Source: Macrostomum lignano (lineage: Eukaryota). Taken from it: a stretch of 44,853 nucleotides of DNA. The notes under the pieces were generated by a model. That model worked only from the letters and a program-made list of their open reading frames with translations, searched no databases and was not told the origin of the DNA. The stretch is taken from NCBI GenBank assembly GCA_002269645.1, contig NIVC01004470.1, positions 1-44,853 of the forward strand. Reading direction: 5' to 3'. The position numbers and the translations under genes were made by a program. Below are positions 27,366-38,624 of the stretch, piece after piece (within the stretch, counting starts at the first letter, position 1; every line of letters starts with the position of its first letter).

Positions 27366-28729
27366 GTCAACCGCATCGTGTCCCAGACGATCTCGGGAGG
27401 GACACAGCGGGAAGGCGCAAACGCCCATTCCGCTTATCCCTGAACGGCCAACGCGTCTCTATGGACGGTGGGTTGGTGCCGCTTAAGAAGTTCCCCCAGT
27501 GTCTCCAGCAGCTATGAGTATTTTGCTCTTTAGAAAGGAGAGCTCAGCCCAGCGGGTGGTCCAAAGGTAGCGCGCGAGCAGATTGAAATTTCTGGTTTTC
27601 ACCCAATATCTGTAGTAATGTATGTGTGCGGCCCGAGAAGTACATGTAGCTCCCCCATATAAGCCTCGTCCGCGTGACAGCAGGACAGATGCTGACAAAT
27701 TCTCAACGGTTTCGTCTCCTTAGTTTGCAGAAACTACAGTTGGCGTTGGTGGTATTTGCCCTGCACGTACTGGTGCCTGAAGAAGCAGCCGTAACCTGAG
27801 AGGCCCGGGTGTCTCGTCACGAGAGGCCTAGGAGAATATATATATATGTGTATATATAGTATATATAGTATATATGTTAACCACCACTAAAGTATATATA
27901 TTACTTTAGTCGTCCTTGATTCGGTATTGCTCATAATTGACTAGTGGTGCTGAGAACACCCCGGGCAGGACAGCTATATGCTATCTGCGATACTCGTGCA
28001 AAGAGGACAGAAGAGGACAATCAAAACTGCTGGGCTCTGTTTGGGAATGTTCCAGAGTTGGGAGTTTTTCCCTCATTCTTATTGCTTACAGTGCAAGCCG
28101 GTCTAAGTGCCGCATCCGTGCACCCCAGTAGGGAATCTTGGGAGGGACTGCAATGAGGAAGGCTGCAGGTCCATAAGAGCACAGTTGCCGGGCAGAGAGA
28201 CGGAATACTGGTAAATGGGATGAACTGCAGCTGTGGGGTATTCTGGAACGAGCCAATGAAATAGAGCCAGCTGGGTTGCTGTGAACTGCAAAACAACCCA
28301 TTCTCCCAATGTGCATTGCATCTAGCTGACTTGTACACCAGCCGTTCTCTTGTTACTGAGGCTCAGTGGGATCAAACCAATGACTTATCAGAAAGAAAAT
28401 TGCTTAAGTAGAGTGGTTGGAAAGCATAGAGGTTTATCCTTAGGATGGAATTTCTGAAAATTTCTTGCTTTTAAGGGAACCAGAATTGACCTCCTCAAGC
28501 TGCGACAGATCTCAGTTGAGCACAGAGCGAGTTTGAAATCGAACTTTTTAACTTCCAGCCTAAAACTATAGAACAATGTTCAGGCATCTCAACGTGGTGA
28601 GTATAGCGTTTACAGGCAATATGTTTACTGCTGCAAATCTAACTCCTCTAGCTGTCTCATATTGTACAGCTATGGAATAAGGTGAGCCACTCAAAGCATT
28701 ACTGAACCCGCCCATCAACACTGCAGGTG

Positions 28730-30901
28730 ATGAAGAAGAACGCAAAAGCCGTTTGGTTTCTCATTTTCTGTGCACTTGTTTTCTTGCTTGGCGCGCATGT
28801 TTATAGTCGAGCATCGAACTCTGGCATGAAAAATGGCTCCAGCAGCGTCCGGATCTCGAAATCTGAAGCAGCTGAGGCCTCTTTGATAATTGCCCAAGCT
28901 TCTGGCGCCCAAGCCTCTGATGCCCAAGCGTCTGCAAAGCAAACCTTTGTCAATGAAGCCTCACTAATGTCTCCGAAAGCTCCTGTCACCCAATCTGCAC
29001 AAGCCGCCCAGACCGCCGCAACAAAGCAAGTGAAGACAAAAACGACGTGCTTCAAAGTGAAATTTTTGCAAGAGGCGGTGAGTTTCAGGTGTTACTTGTT
29101 TTTATAGAAGCAATTAACTTTGCTTGTATTTGGGTTTCAATTGATAGACTTGAGGATGAGCCATTTTGATAGAAATGTTTAATAGGAACACTTCTTATGA
29201 GTGCCTCTTGCTCAAGCAACTCAAAGTGGAATTTTTTTCGAAAAGATTCGTGGCCTTTAAGCAGCTTCAATAGACCTCCACTTGAAAAATCAGCTTTTTT
29301 AATTGCGAGCATTGCAGCTGGACAAAAGCTGCACCTCGAATCCGAACCCCGCCATCTGCCGCATTGCAACAATCGCCCACCTGGACCGCAGCGAGTTCAA
29401 GACGGCCCGTCTGAGACACCCCACCGGCTACATCACCATGATGGTTCACCCTTCCTGGGACACGATCTCACGGGACATCACAAGCAAGAACGTGTGGGAG
29501 TCGGAGCAGACAAATTTCATTCGCAGCGCTCTGGAGCTGCTGCCAGGCGCAGGGCTTCTGGACGTCGGCAGCCAGCTGGGAGCTTACAGCCTGCACGCTG
29601 CGCAGATGGGACGCCAGGTTGTGGCGATCGACGCCTTCTACCAGGTAAACCAGCTGTAGCTTATGTTGTGGTTAGACAATGAAATTTTTTTTACTTGAGA
29701 TGAGATGAGATGAGATGAGATGAGAGAAAAGGGGACGGAATGGAGGAGGGAGAAGAGAAAAGAGGAGATACGATATGAGAGAAGAGTAGAGAGGAGATAG
29801 GTGAGAAAGGGGATGAGAGAGGAGAGAGGAAAAAGAAAAGAAGAGACAAACCTTGAGCAGACCGGATTGCCATGTTGAAGCTTCAAAAGATCCGAGGACC
29901 GGACGTAGAGACCGGAGTTTGCTGTAAATCTTCAAAACAGCATTACCTGCTCGAATCAGCTGAAATCTCGTCCATAAAGACACCGAAGCAGCCAGTACTG
30001 ATCGCCAGGGGGTAGGGGAATCGGCGTCGACGCCTCGACGTCGGATGCCCGGAACCCATTGCAGCAAGTGAAGTCAAGCTAATACTCGTACGAGCGTATA
30101 TTATGCAAAAAGGCTGGCTACTCTCTAAAAAGGTAAAAAAATTGAGGACGATTAGGCACTTCTCAATATGACTGTCGCCAACATGATCAGTTGCCTATTT
30201 CAATAGTTCAACTGTTCGTAAAGTTTATAATTGAAACATTCTGAGTTTTAGGAAGACTCAAAAAATCTCTCAAAACAAAGTTTTGGTGCGCGATCCTTTC
30301 AAGCATCGAAATTCAGATGTGCATCAAGAGTGCACGCGCACCCTTCACCGCAATCCGATTTTGAATTCTGCAGAACTCCATCCGCCTCTTCGCCTCGGTG
30401 ACAGCAAACGGCTTTCAAGACCGAATGCGGGTGTACTGGAACGCCCTTGGTCTGAAGAGCAATGGCAAGATGAACATCGCCCTGCCCAGCACCTGCAACA
30501 CTGGAGGTGGCGGGCCCGCGAGCAAAGGCGACACCAGGATATCTGATTTTATCGACGTGCGAACGGCTTCCCTTGACGAGATCGCCGTCGGAGACGGCTG
30601 CTTCTCCGGCGTCAGCGAGCTCGTAGTGAAGGTCGACATGGAAGCGCAGGAGTGGCTGGTCAAAGCCACCGGTGCCAAAGTCTTCAAGCGCTTCAAAGTG
30701 TCCGTGATCATGATGGAGTGGATAGGCACGAAAATGCACCACTCGGATATAGCTCCCGACATCATCGAGTTCTACAATTCACACGGCCTGCTGCCGCACA
30801 ACCTGGTCGGCACCCGGTTGGTGCGGCTGGGCGAGGACTTCAAGTCTTGGCCGTGGGACGTCTTCTGGGCCACGAAAGAGTTCGCAGCCAAGAAAGTCTG
30901 A
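28730..30901 (+). CDS. FkbM-family (Methyltransf_21-like) SAM-dependent methyltransferase with N-terminal type II membrane anchor, 3 exons
   Basis: Exons 28730-29077, 29318-29644, 30374-30901, both introns phase 0. MKKNAK plus hydrophobic AVWFLIFCALVFLLGAHVY. Motifs LLDVGSQLGAYSLHAAQMGRQVVAIDAFYQ/NSIRL and VVKVDMEAQE match the FkbM pattern. Confidence 0.85.
29695..29850. repeat. (GAGAT)n microsatellite and purine-rich tract in methyltransferase intron 2
   Basis: Direct reading. Confidence 0.85.
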
Positions 30902-32427
30902 AGGTCCTTCTCTGATTTCTCGAACTCTTCAATACTACTTGCTGCATTGGTTGTCATAGAAATATCGACAAATAAAAGTCTACTTTAGTAATTACTGGTT
31001 TCAAATGGCAGATATAAGATCCCTTGTACGAGGCATATGATTCTGCATAATTCTTACTGACACTTGCGTATTTCGTCACCCTGAGCTGTAAAATCAATAC
31101 GGTGCAAAAAGTTTTTGGCGGACAAAAGCAACTCTAAGTACTGTTTTCGCGAATTCTTTTAATCTATATAGTATGCAAAGACGGCGTAGCAAATACCTCC
31201 GAATATTTTAACGTTCGTCATTCTGCTCGCCGATGCTTGTTCTTGTATATTTCTATGCTATATTTCTACTGTATTAATGAACATTGCCTTTACTCTTATT
31301 CATTAAATACTATAAACTAATACATGTGCTATTTAGAGTACCTTAGAGTAAGCCTTCAACTTTAATAATAGGTATTAAGTAATAGCATGGATTGCCAATC
31401 TGAGCAAGTTTATTTTGATTTTACTTCATTTTGATTTTTTGCAGTCTTGGCCGCCGTTCTATTCTAGTGGTGGGTTTATCGCCACAGAGATCATTCCATT
31501 ACATTCTCATTCCGTTCTTAAAGGCGACACAGCTGCATTGTTACAATGATATCTGCATTGCATCATTTTAAGCAATTACGCAATAAAAATGACTCGGCAT
31601 TTTGAAATTCTTAGAATTGGTCATAGACAACTATGAACGTATATTTCCTCTGCAGAGAAACGGTAAAAATAATCATAGGAATGACTTCGTGTTTTTTAAA
31701 TTTCATAACGGGTCAAAATTCTTGATGTCGGAGGAGAAGCTCACTTTGAAAATTGAAATGTGCAGTTCTCAAACTTGCACTCAGCAAAGATTGATCCCTC
31801 GAAACCGGAGACTTAAATTGATCAATTCGATATGTTGCAGGCTACACGCGCAGCAAACATGAGGTTCGCTGGTTGCTCGTTGCCTCGTTTTGCTGCCTAG
31901 TACACCGTTTCTCGATCAATTTCAACAAAACAACAGTTCCTTTTAGAATCCCAAACGGTGACGCAAGGCCTCTGATCCCTCCTTCCCCCCGATGACTCAT
32001 CATGACTCATCACCCTCCTCTTGCGCAACCTTTTCTCATGCTATTGTTCTCTTCTCAAGATTTCTCATGCAACACCCACCCCACCTCCGCTTGCTTCTAT
32101 TGTTCTCGTTTTTGATTCTTTTGTTCTCGTTTTCGCACCTACAGTGTAATTATCACATTTTCCCAGATTTTCTCTTTCTATTGTTCTCCTTTTTGCACCT
32201 AATTAGCACCTTTTCTCCAATGTTTACTTTTCTATTGTTCTCGGTTCTCCCCAATTATCCCCGATTTCCATTTCCTTTGTTCTCAACCCGAGCCCCATTG
32301 TTCTCAATTTTTGGTTGCGCAACATTTTCTCAACCCCCCGCTGTGCTCATTATCCACCCACCCCACCTCCGGATTGCGCAATTTCCCCATTTCTCATGTT
32401 GCTATGGCGTTCTCATGTTTCTCATCA

Positions 32428-32551
32428 TGACTCATTCTGACGTCATTTCTCCGGCAGCCAATCAGAGAGAGGGAGTCATGGAAACGACCTTGGAGCGGCG
32501 GCTGTGAGGCCTATTTAAGGAAGCGGTTTTCGGCATGAGAACCCTCAGATT
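32428..32551 (+). promoter_or_regulatory. Pol II promoter-like cluster (AP-1, CRE, CCAAT, TATA-like, Inr-like); possibly an LTR U3
   Basis: TGACTCA 32428-32434, TGACGTCA 32438-32445, CCAAT 32458-32462, TATTTAA 32512-32518, TCAGATT 32545-32551. Confidence 0.45.
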
Positions 32552-32809
32552 CTTTCCGAAGTGGTCCTTCTTTGGACTTGCTGTCAGACGTTGATCTGAC
32601 CCATTCGTCTATAGGATGAACCTCTGCCGGTCCGAGGTCTGATACCGCCAAGTTCCTTTAGCTCCCCAAGCGAGCTCATCTGCCGGCCCGCGGTCTGATA
32701 CCGCCCAGCATCCTCAGCATCACCTGAGCTACATCAGCGCCTCGTCGCTTCAGCGCATCACCGATTCACTACCTGCCTGTTCGCAGCCAACAGCCGCCCT
32801 CAGTCACTC

Positions 32810-32814
32810 TGTCG

Positions 32815-32848
<34 letters not shown>
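32810..32848. repeat. (CT)n microsatellite
   Basis: Direct reading. Confidence 0.9.
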
Positions 32849-32852
<4 letters not shown>

Positions 32853-34244
32853 AGCTGCCGGTGAGTTCCTGTACTGATTTGTGCTCTAATTGCCTTTGCT
32901 TATCAGGGGTTTGCTTATTTCCCATTGCTTGCTTAGAGAACTGAGCCAATTGCGTTACCGTATCTTTGCTGTATTTTATTCAATAGGGAAGCCGCCTAAT
33001 TGCTTGTTTATTTTGCCCAAGGGCCTAATTATTAACCAATACTAAGCTCCTCATTATTCACACTTTCACTTCTGTGCTTTCACCATCATTTCATTGATGG
33101 CTTGCTAAGCCTTTCTCCCTGGGTGGCAAAGCATAAGGAAGTTTGGGTAAGCTAATGGCCTCTCCCCGTGCAAAGCTCGCCTGTGTGTGCGTGCTGCGGG
33201 TCCGTGTGTGCGTGCAGTAGAGGGAAGTAGCGGGTCTTGGCACAGAATGGCAGCAGGAAGGTTGCAGCACCCTGCTTACGCGTCCCTTCGCCCTGAGCAA
33301 TCTAAACTATAGCTAGTACATGTTCGCCTCACACTACTCTTAGTAATTGAAACCGTAAGTCCGCCTCGTTCACAGCCACAAAGGATCCCCTGCTGAGAAA
33401 TCCTCCAGATTGATCCCAGAGTTCCCGATCATGCCCCAAGCAGAGTCCCTGTACTCGGCTGCATGCGTCTCCCCTGTTAGCCTAAATCACCTGGTAACCA
33501 ATCCAGGCGGGGCTCTAGCCTCGAAAGGTTTGGTAGTAAGATCCAGGTGCGCCAGGTCACATAGAGTGGTGGCAGCCACTCGGTCATGCTATGTCCGAGT
33601 GACCAACTATTGCACCTTGGCTACAGGTGGGGTCCATGTGGGTCCTTGGCCCTCTGGTCACGAAAGCGCTACCAAAGCTATCAATCATGTGGGCAGGACA
33701 GTCTGGTGCTGGAGGTCCATCAGGTCATTGCCCGGTCATAGGCAGCCTACGGTCATTGCCCCCTATGGTCATACGTTCGCCTCGGAATGGAGCGGACGGA
33801 CGTCAAGGGCGGTTACATCACGTTCTAAAATCGTTCCAGTGTTAGATTCGCCTGTGTTTGACGGCACGCTTGGACTTCTTCCTTGCTTGCAGAATTTAAC
33901 TTTAGAGTACTAAAATAGAAAGCCACATGCTCTTTGGGTTTGGAAGGATCCATCGTTTTTTTTACTTTAATTAGAAGATTTTATTACTTTCAGCGAATTA
34001 GTAAAACTGTTTATCTGATTCTGTGGAACTGCATTGGTTCAAAATAATCATGAAGTGTATGATATATACGCGTCTAACGGGAGAATAGAAACAATGAGAC
34101 AGATAAATCCTGAACAACGGTAGTCAGTCGATCGGTCGCTGGCACTGGAGTCGAATTCCATTGTGACTCAGCAGGCATGACCCCCTGAGATCTTCAGACC
34201 CAGCCGCTGCGCCATCGGGTTCAGCACCTGCGGACCAAAGGTCT

Positions 34245-37200
34245 TCACAACGGGCAGCTTCTCGGAAGTCCGCTGCAGCAACCACGCCTCGGACTGCGGG
34301 TTTCTCGATCCGGTCTGGAGCTGCTGATTCCATCGTCGGGTGAGAAATCCACGGTGATGAGGACGCCGTTGTTCTCGGAGCCCCACTCCAGCACCAGCAG
34401 GTGCTCAGTGGTGGGGTCCCAAGCCATAGCACCTGCAGGAAAGTGTTGATTAGTGCTTCCAGCAACAAAGGCAATTAAAACACGAACTTGGCACAGAAAC
34501 GAAGCAGGCCTCCGTCAATAAAAAAGTGTTTCGAACTTTAATCTACGAGTATATTTGGCTTAAAGCAAACTTAACACGAAAAAGAAAAAAAATTCACTGC
34601 GAGAAGGCAAAGTGAGCCGCCAGTAGAGCGCGACGGGGGTTTAAAAACACCCCTGCCACCCAAGGGGGGGGCAGGCGGCGATGTACAATCAACGCGCTGG
34701 GCACTAAAGCCGGTTTTTGCACTTTCGCCGCACAAACCAGTCCATTAGTGCTTCCAGCAACAAAGGCAATTAAAACACGAACTTGGCACAGAAACGAAGC
34801 AGGCCTCCAAAGCCAAACACAACGGGGGATAAGAGCAGCAGCTAGGCATTGAGCAAAAAACAAATCAGCGGGAAGACCACCGTCAAAAATGAGCACTAAG
34901 GGCGGAAAAAAAATGCAGAGAGGCCGCAGCAGTGGCAACACCCGAGCGGGGCAAGTAGCGCTCCACCGCCGAACTCTTCCAGTCGCCGATCCGCTGGATC
35001 TCCGCCACCGGCAGGCCCATGCGAGCTGCCCAGGTGGCTCCACCTCGACGCAGGCTGTGAGCCGAGTAGAGCTTGCCGCCACACCCAGCCCTCTGCAGCT
35101 TAGAGTCAAGAAACCGGTCCAAGTCCCGAGCAGCTAGATGGCGCCGCTGTCCATTGCGATCGATGAAGGACCAGAGTGGCGCCTCGGCCATCGCCAGCTT
35201 GTTGACACACAGATGTCGGCGAATCGCCACTACCGGGCAGAGCGCGGGGCAGGCGGGGAACTTCGGAAGCAGGACGTGGTGGACTCGATCACGGAACTGA
35301 ATAGTCTTGCCAAAGTCCACGCTTAAGAGGAGGCCGCAACGGTGAGGTGTCAGATTCTGCACCTTCATCCCACTACCCAACTGAGGCGACGATAGAAGGA
35401 GTGATGATTTTCGCAGCATTCCCCACCAGGCAGTGATGGTGACCGCCCAGCAGGCCAGTTGCCGATTGTCGCCCTTGTCAACCAGAGACCAAAGCTTTTG
35501 CAGCACCGACGGAGACATTGGTAGCTTCTGGTTGACCTGAAGCCCCAGCGCTCGCTTGCAGCCCCGCAGCAGATGCTGGGTGAGGGTGTGCTTCGTCAGG
35601 TCCTGAGCGCCGTTCAGCCGAAACCACAGTGAAAGCGAGCTGACATGACCGCGAACGCTACTGTAGGCTCGCAGGCGCGTGCCCGTGAGGCCAGCCAGGT
35701 AGTTTAGCAGCGTGGACACAGTACACCCGGCGGGGTCGAGTCCCTTGGCTGAGCAGTACGCGCGCCAGGACCGCACGTGTGAGCTGATGGCGCTTTTCGA
35801 GCGGGCCGCGTAGGAGGAACCGAGTAGTTCACGGGCTCGGTGGCTGAGGTGGTCTGGCGCAGTCTGGCGACCTGAAAACGGAGAAAAGCGGATGTGGCAG
35901 CAGAAAGCGTGTGCCGGGAAAGCGAGCAATTGGTGAGACGCATCAATGAGCCATAAAAGCGCAGCAAAAAATTCAACAACTGACTGCCCTCGTGCAGCCG
36001 AGACGCGGCGTCAGCAAAAATAAAAAATTCACTGCGAGAAGGCAAAGTGAGCCGCCAGTAGAGCGCGACGGGGGTTTAAAAACACCCCTGCCACCCAAGG
36101 GGGGGGGGGCAGGCGGCGATGTACAATCAACGCGCTGGGCACTAAAGCCGGTTTGTGCACTTTCGCCGCACAAACCAGTCCAGTTGTAACATTTAAGAAC
36201 TTCAGATCGGCATCCGATATGAGCTCTTAAATAATAGAAAAGGTTTTTGAAATCTATTTCTCAGCTAGAGTTTTGGGGAATGAAGTTATTGGATCATAGA
36301 AATTGCGAACGTTCTCATGAATCACACGTGAGTGAGCAGGTGTTCTTGGATTGCTGATCTTTTACTCATAGTCCAATGCTCCTTAGTCCTAGTGTGCAGG
36401 TGTCGCTTGATTTTCACTATATAGGAGACTCTGCTCTTCAGAGCACTGAAACTTATTAACGACACCTGCAGTAAGCGGTAGAGGGAAACGGGACTTCAAG
36501 CTGCAGACATCCTGAGACAACACAGTGCAAAAAAGTGATCCAGAGCTGAACGCTGAGACTCTTTTGAACAGTTCAAGCTCAGAAGCCTAATTTGAACTGT
36601 CAGTCAGCTATAGGGGGTGCCAGCCATTAACTCAACGTGTTCTGGGTAGGGTTGTAGACTACTACACCCTATTCTCTCTCTCTGCCCCTTCTTCTACCTA
36701 AGCCTGACCCTTTGTTGCACAAATTATACTGTAAATCGTGTTGTTATTAAATACATGTACGAATATAACTTGCTGTCTATCTTCAAAAGCTGCCCTGAAG
36801 ATGACCGAACTGGTCAAAATGCATTGGCATAGAATTTTTGAGTAAATAATAAATTACGGATCAAATTATTCCTCTTAATTGCTCGCGCAATACTCGTTTT
36901 CTCCGTGTTCTTTTATTGAATCACGGCATTTTTATCACAACATTTCACATCGGTCAGCTTCAGCTCATCTTCACCACAAGTTATGAAGGCCTTTAGCGTT
37001 AGGCGATACACCACACCACTGAGTATCATGATCTTAACCACGGGATGTCTTACATGGCACAGCCGCGGCCCCATCAGAGCAGCTCGCAACAGCGTACAGG
37101 CGTTCCTGCAGCACCGGGCAGCCCGAGGTGGCAGCGCTGGCCGCCTCACTGTCACTCGGAGGCACAGGGAAGGCCAGGCTGATCAGCTTGCAGCCGTGCG

Positions 37201-38262
37201 GCACGCTGAAAAAAGCTGTGGCCTGGCGCCGGTCCACCACGCAGCTGCGAATTTCTCCAGCTGCCAGGCGGTCGTCGAGTCGCTGCAGCACCGGCAGGCA
37301 GCAGGCGCTTGGGCTAGGGCTGAACAGACTGGTCTTGTTGGAGGCGAGGAGCAGCGACCCAGCCGTCAGCACATAAACTGCGTGGTCGAATTCCATCAGG
37401 GCGACGGCAGGGCCACCGAGATTTTCGGAGGTCGTAGGGAGAAAGTTCTATGGTGTCGCGGAAAGTATGTTGTAACCCAGTCTCAAGCTTAGTATTTCTC
37501 AAGCTGCAATTCTCTCAGCCACTCAATATTTAATGTGTACATTAGTGTGCATTCATTGCTTTACTGCAATAACTTCAACCCTTTCACTGTGTACGCCGGA
37601 GCTTAAGCCTTCTAACTTCTCTGAGTTCTGATCTGGCTTCAAACTGCTGCGTACACAGTGGAGTTGAAGCTGTTGAGTGAAAATTTACCATTAACCGGCT
37701 CTAAAAGTTCACACTGCCGATAGTAACTATGCAGGTAAAAAAATTGCTCAAACAAACAAATCAGTTTAAAAAGGGTTTTGAGCAAAAGGGTTTAAAAAGG
37801 ATTTGAGCAATTTGAGCAAGAGCTACTGGGGGTAATGTGAATCAGCCTTGAAGGTCCAGTTTTACCAAGGTCAAATCAATGTACAGTTGGTTCAGACAAA
37901 CATTAAATTTGATTTGAGCAATCTTTGGAGCAACGAGCTCGTGCTGGCGGTAATGTGAACCGGCCTTCCTTGACCGCAATCGCTAAGTTCAACTGCATGT
38001 GAATTGGTTTTATAGTACCAACACTTTTTTATCTGCTAAGAATGAGCAAATTCAAAAACTCACATAGCTGCTCTGACAGTTCAGCCGGATCACCAATGGC
38101 TCCAGTTGCATGTCCAGGTCAATAACCAGCAGGTGGTGCTCGTAAAGCAGATAAACTTTGTGTTCAGTCTGGTTGAATTGCATTCCGCGGCACTCGGCCC
38201 CATCTGGAAACCGTTTTGCATGTTTGAACAGTAAACTGCTGATAACTAAACTGCTCGATAGT
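34245..38262 (-). CDS. Partial host gene, beta-propeller-like (NHL/TolB-like blades); 5' part not found in the window
   Basis: Phase-consistent exons ~38262-38064 (FPDGAECRGMQFNQTEHKVYLLYEHHLLVIDLD..., donor GTGAGT, phase 0), 37447-37054 (donor GTAAGA, phase 1) and 34432-34245 (join reads AVP-C-AMAWDPTTEHLLVLEWGSENNGVLITVDF). The fold call is pattern-based only. Confidence 0.55.
34449..36182 (-). mobile_element. 1.73-kb tyrosine-recombinase element with split direct repeats (Ngaro/PAT-type DIRS derivative), lacking gag and RT/RNaseH
   Basis: Minus-strand order: A1 (36182-36022), YR ORF, B1 (34808-34744), A2 (34744-34587), 73-bp spacer, B2 (34513-34449). The B copies are identical over 65 bp and the A copies near-identical. 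Confidence 0.85.
34883..35929 (-). CDS. DIRS/Ngaro-type tyrosine recombinase
   Basis: N-terminal SAM-like region (WRAYC...LLNYLA...LRGCKR) and catalytic motifs WWGMLRKS, YSAHSLRRGGAT, GDWKSSAVERY (R-HxxR-W-Y). No in-frame ATG until about residue 138. Confidence 0.92.
   Translation of the reverse strand: MLAFPAHAFCCHIRFSPFSGRQTAPDHLSHRARELLGSSYAARSKSAISSHVRSWRAYCSAKGLDPAGCTVSTLLNYLAGLTGTRLRAYSSVRGHVSSLSLWFRLNGAQDLTKHTLTQHLLRGCKRALGLQVNQKLPMSPSVLQKLWSLVDKGDNRQLACWAVTITAWWGMLRKSSLLLSSPQLGSGMKVQNLTPHRCGLLLSVDFGKTIQFRDRVHHVLLPKFPACPALCPVVAIRRHLCVNKLAMAEAPLWSFIDRNGQRRHLAARDLDRFLDSKLQRAGCGGKLYSAHSLRRGGATWAARMGLPVAEIQRIGDWKSSAVERYLPRSGVATAAASLHFFSALSAHF
36280..36870 (+). mobile_element. Degenerate Penelope-like element remnant (tentative)
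   Basis: Decayed peptides EQVFLD and ETLLFRALKLI weakly resemble the PLE RT C-terminus, followed by a minimal hammerhead motif and an AATAAA-like tail. Confidence 0.4.
36791..36829 (+). ncRNA. Minimal type I hammerhead ribozyme motif, probably inactivated (G12 to A)
   Basis: TGCC-CTGAAGA-T-GACC-GAACT-GGTC-AAAA-TGCA-TT-GGCA: stem I TGCC/GGCA, stem II GACC/GGTC, palindromic TGCA stem III. The core reads AAAA instead of GAAA. Confidence 0.6.
37654..38001. mobile_element. Possible foldback MITE in an intron
   Basis: Imperfect terminal inversion CACAGTGGAGTTGAA / TTCAACTGCATGTG, with repeated TTGAGCAA and GGTAATGTGAA motifs and inverted counterparts. No clear TSD. Confidence 0.3.
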
Positions 38263-38624
38263 CTGGAGAACCGGTGCCTGCCCTGCTTTTAATGGGCTTT
38301 TGTTGTCTACATGTAATTTCATTAATTGACTTTGTTTCTTTTTCATACTAAATCTCAGTCTCGAGCACTCGCAAGGCGCGAATAAGACAGACTGTCCAGA
38401 ACTAAGCTGGTGTACTTTGAAGTTAAAATTTCTTGATTAGTTAACACGCAAAATAAGTTTGGTATGATCTACAGTCTAGGTATGCCTTATGACTAGTAAC
38501 TTCTGTAAAAAAGAAAGAAACGTGTTATTCTCTTTTACAATACTCTCAGTAGTAGGGCGAATTATGATACTGCCGCACTAGCACTGGCGAGATAGGCGGC
38601 AATGCAAATGTACAGGGAAAAATA

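Noticed and set aside
27777-27815. Second CTGAAGA hammerhead-like motif
   Set aside because: GTAA instead of GAAA, no UH site and no stem I partner.
27886-27910. Perfect 9-bp AT-rich hairpin ACTAAAGTA/TACTTTAGT as a Helitron end
   Set aside because: No CTRR at the expected distance; lies beside a TA-rich microsatellite.
29672-30067. Antisense ORF inside methyltransferase intron 2
   Set aside because: No recognisable domain; half of it is the purine-rich repeat.
33410-33913. 167-aa ORF and local hairpins (CACTCGG/CCGAGTG, CACCTGG/CCAGGTG)
   Set aside because: No protein motif recognised, and I could not fit a twister, HDV or hammerhead core.
34883-35929. Crypton DNA transposon or phage integrase/bacterial contamination
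   Set aside because: Split direct repeats and DIRS-type motifs point to Ngaro/PAT origin, and the element sits in a spliceosomal intron.
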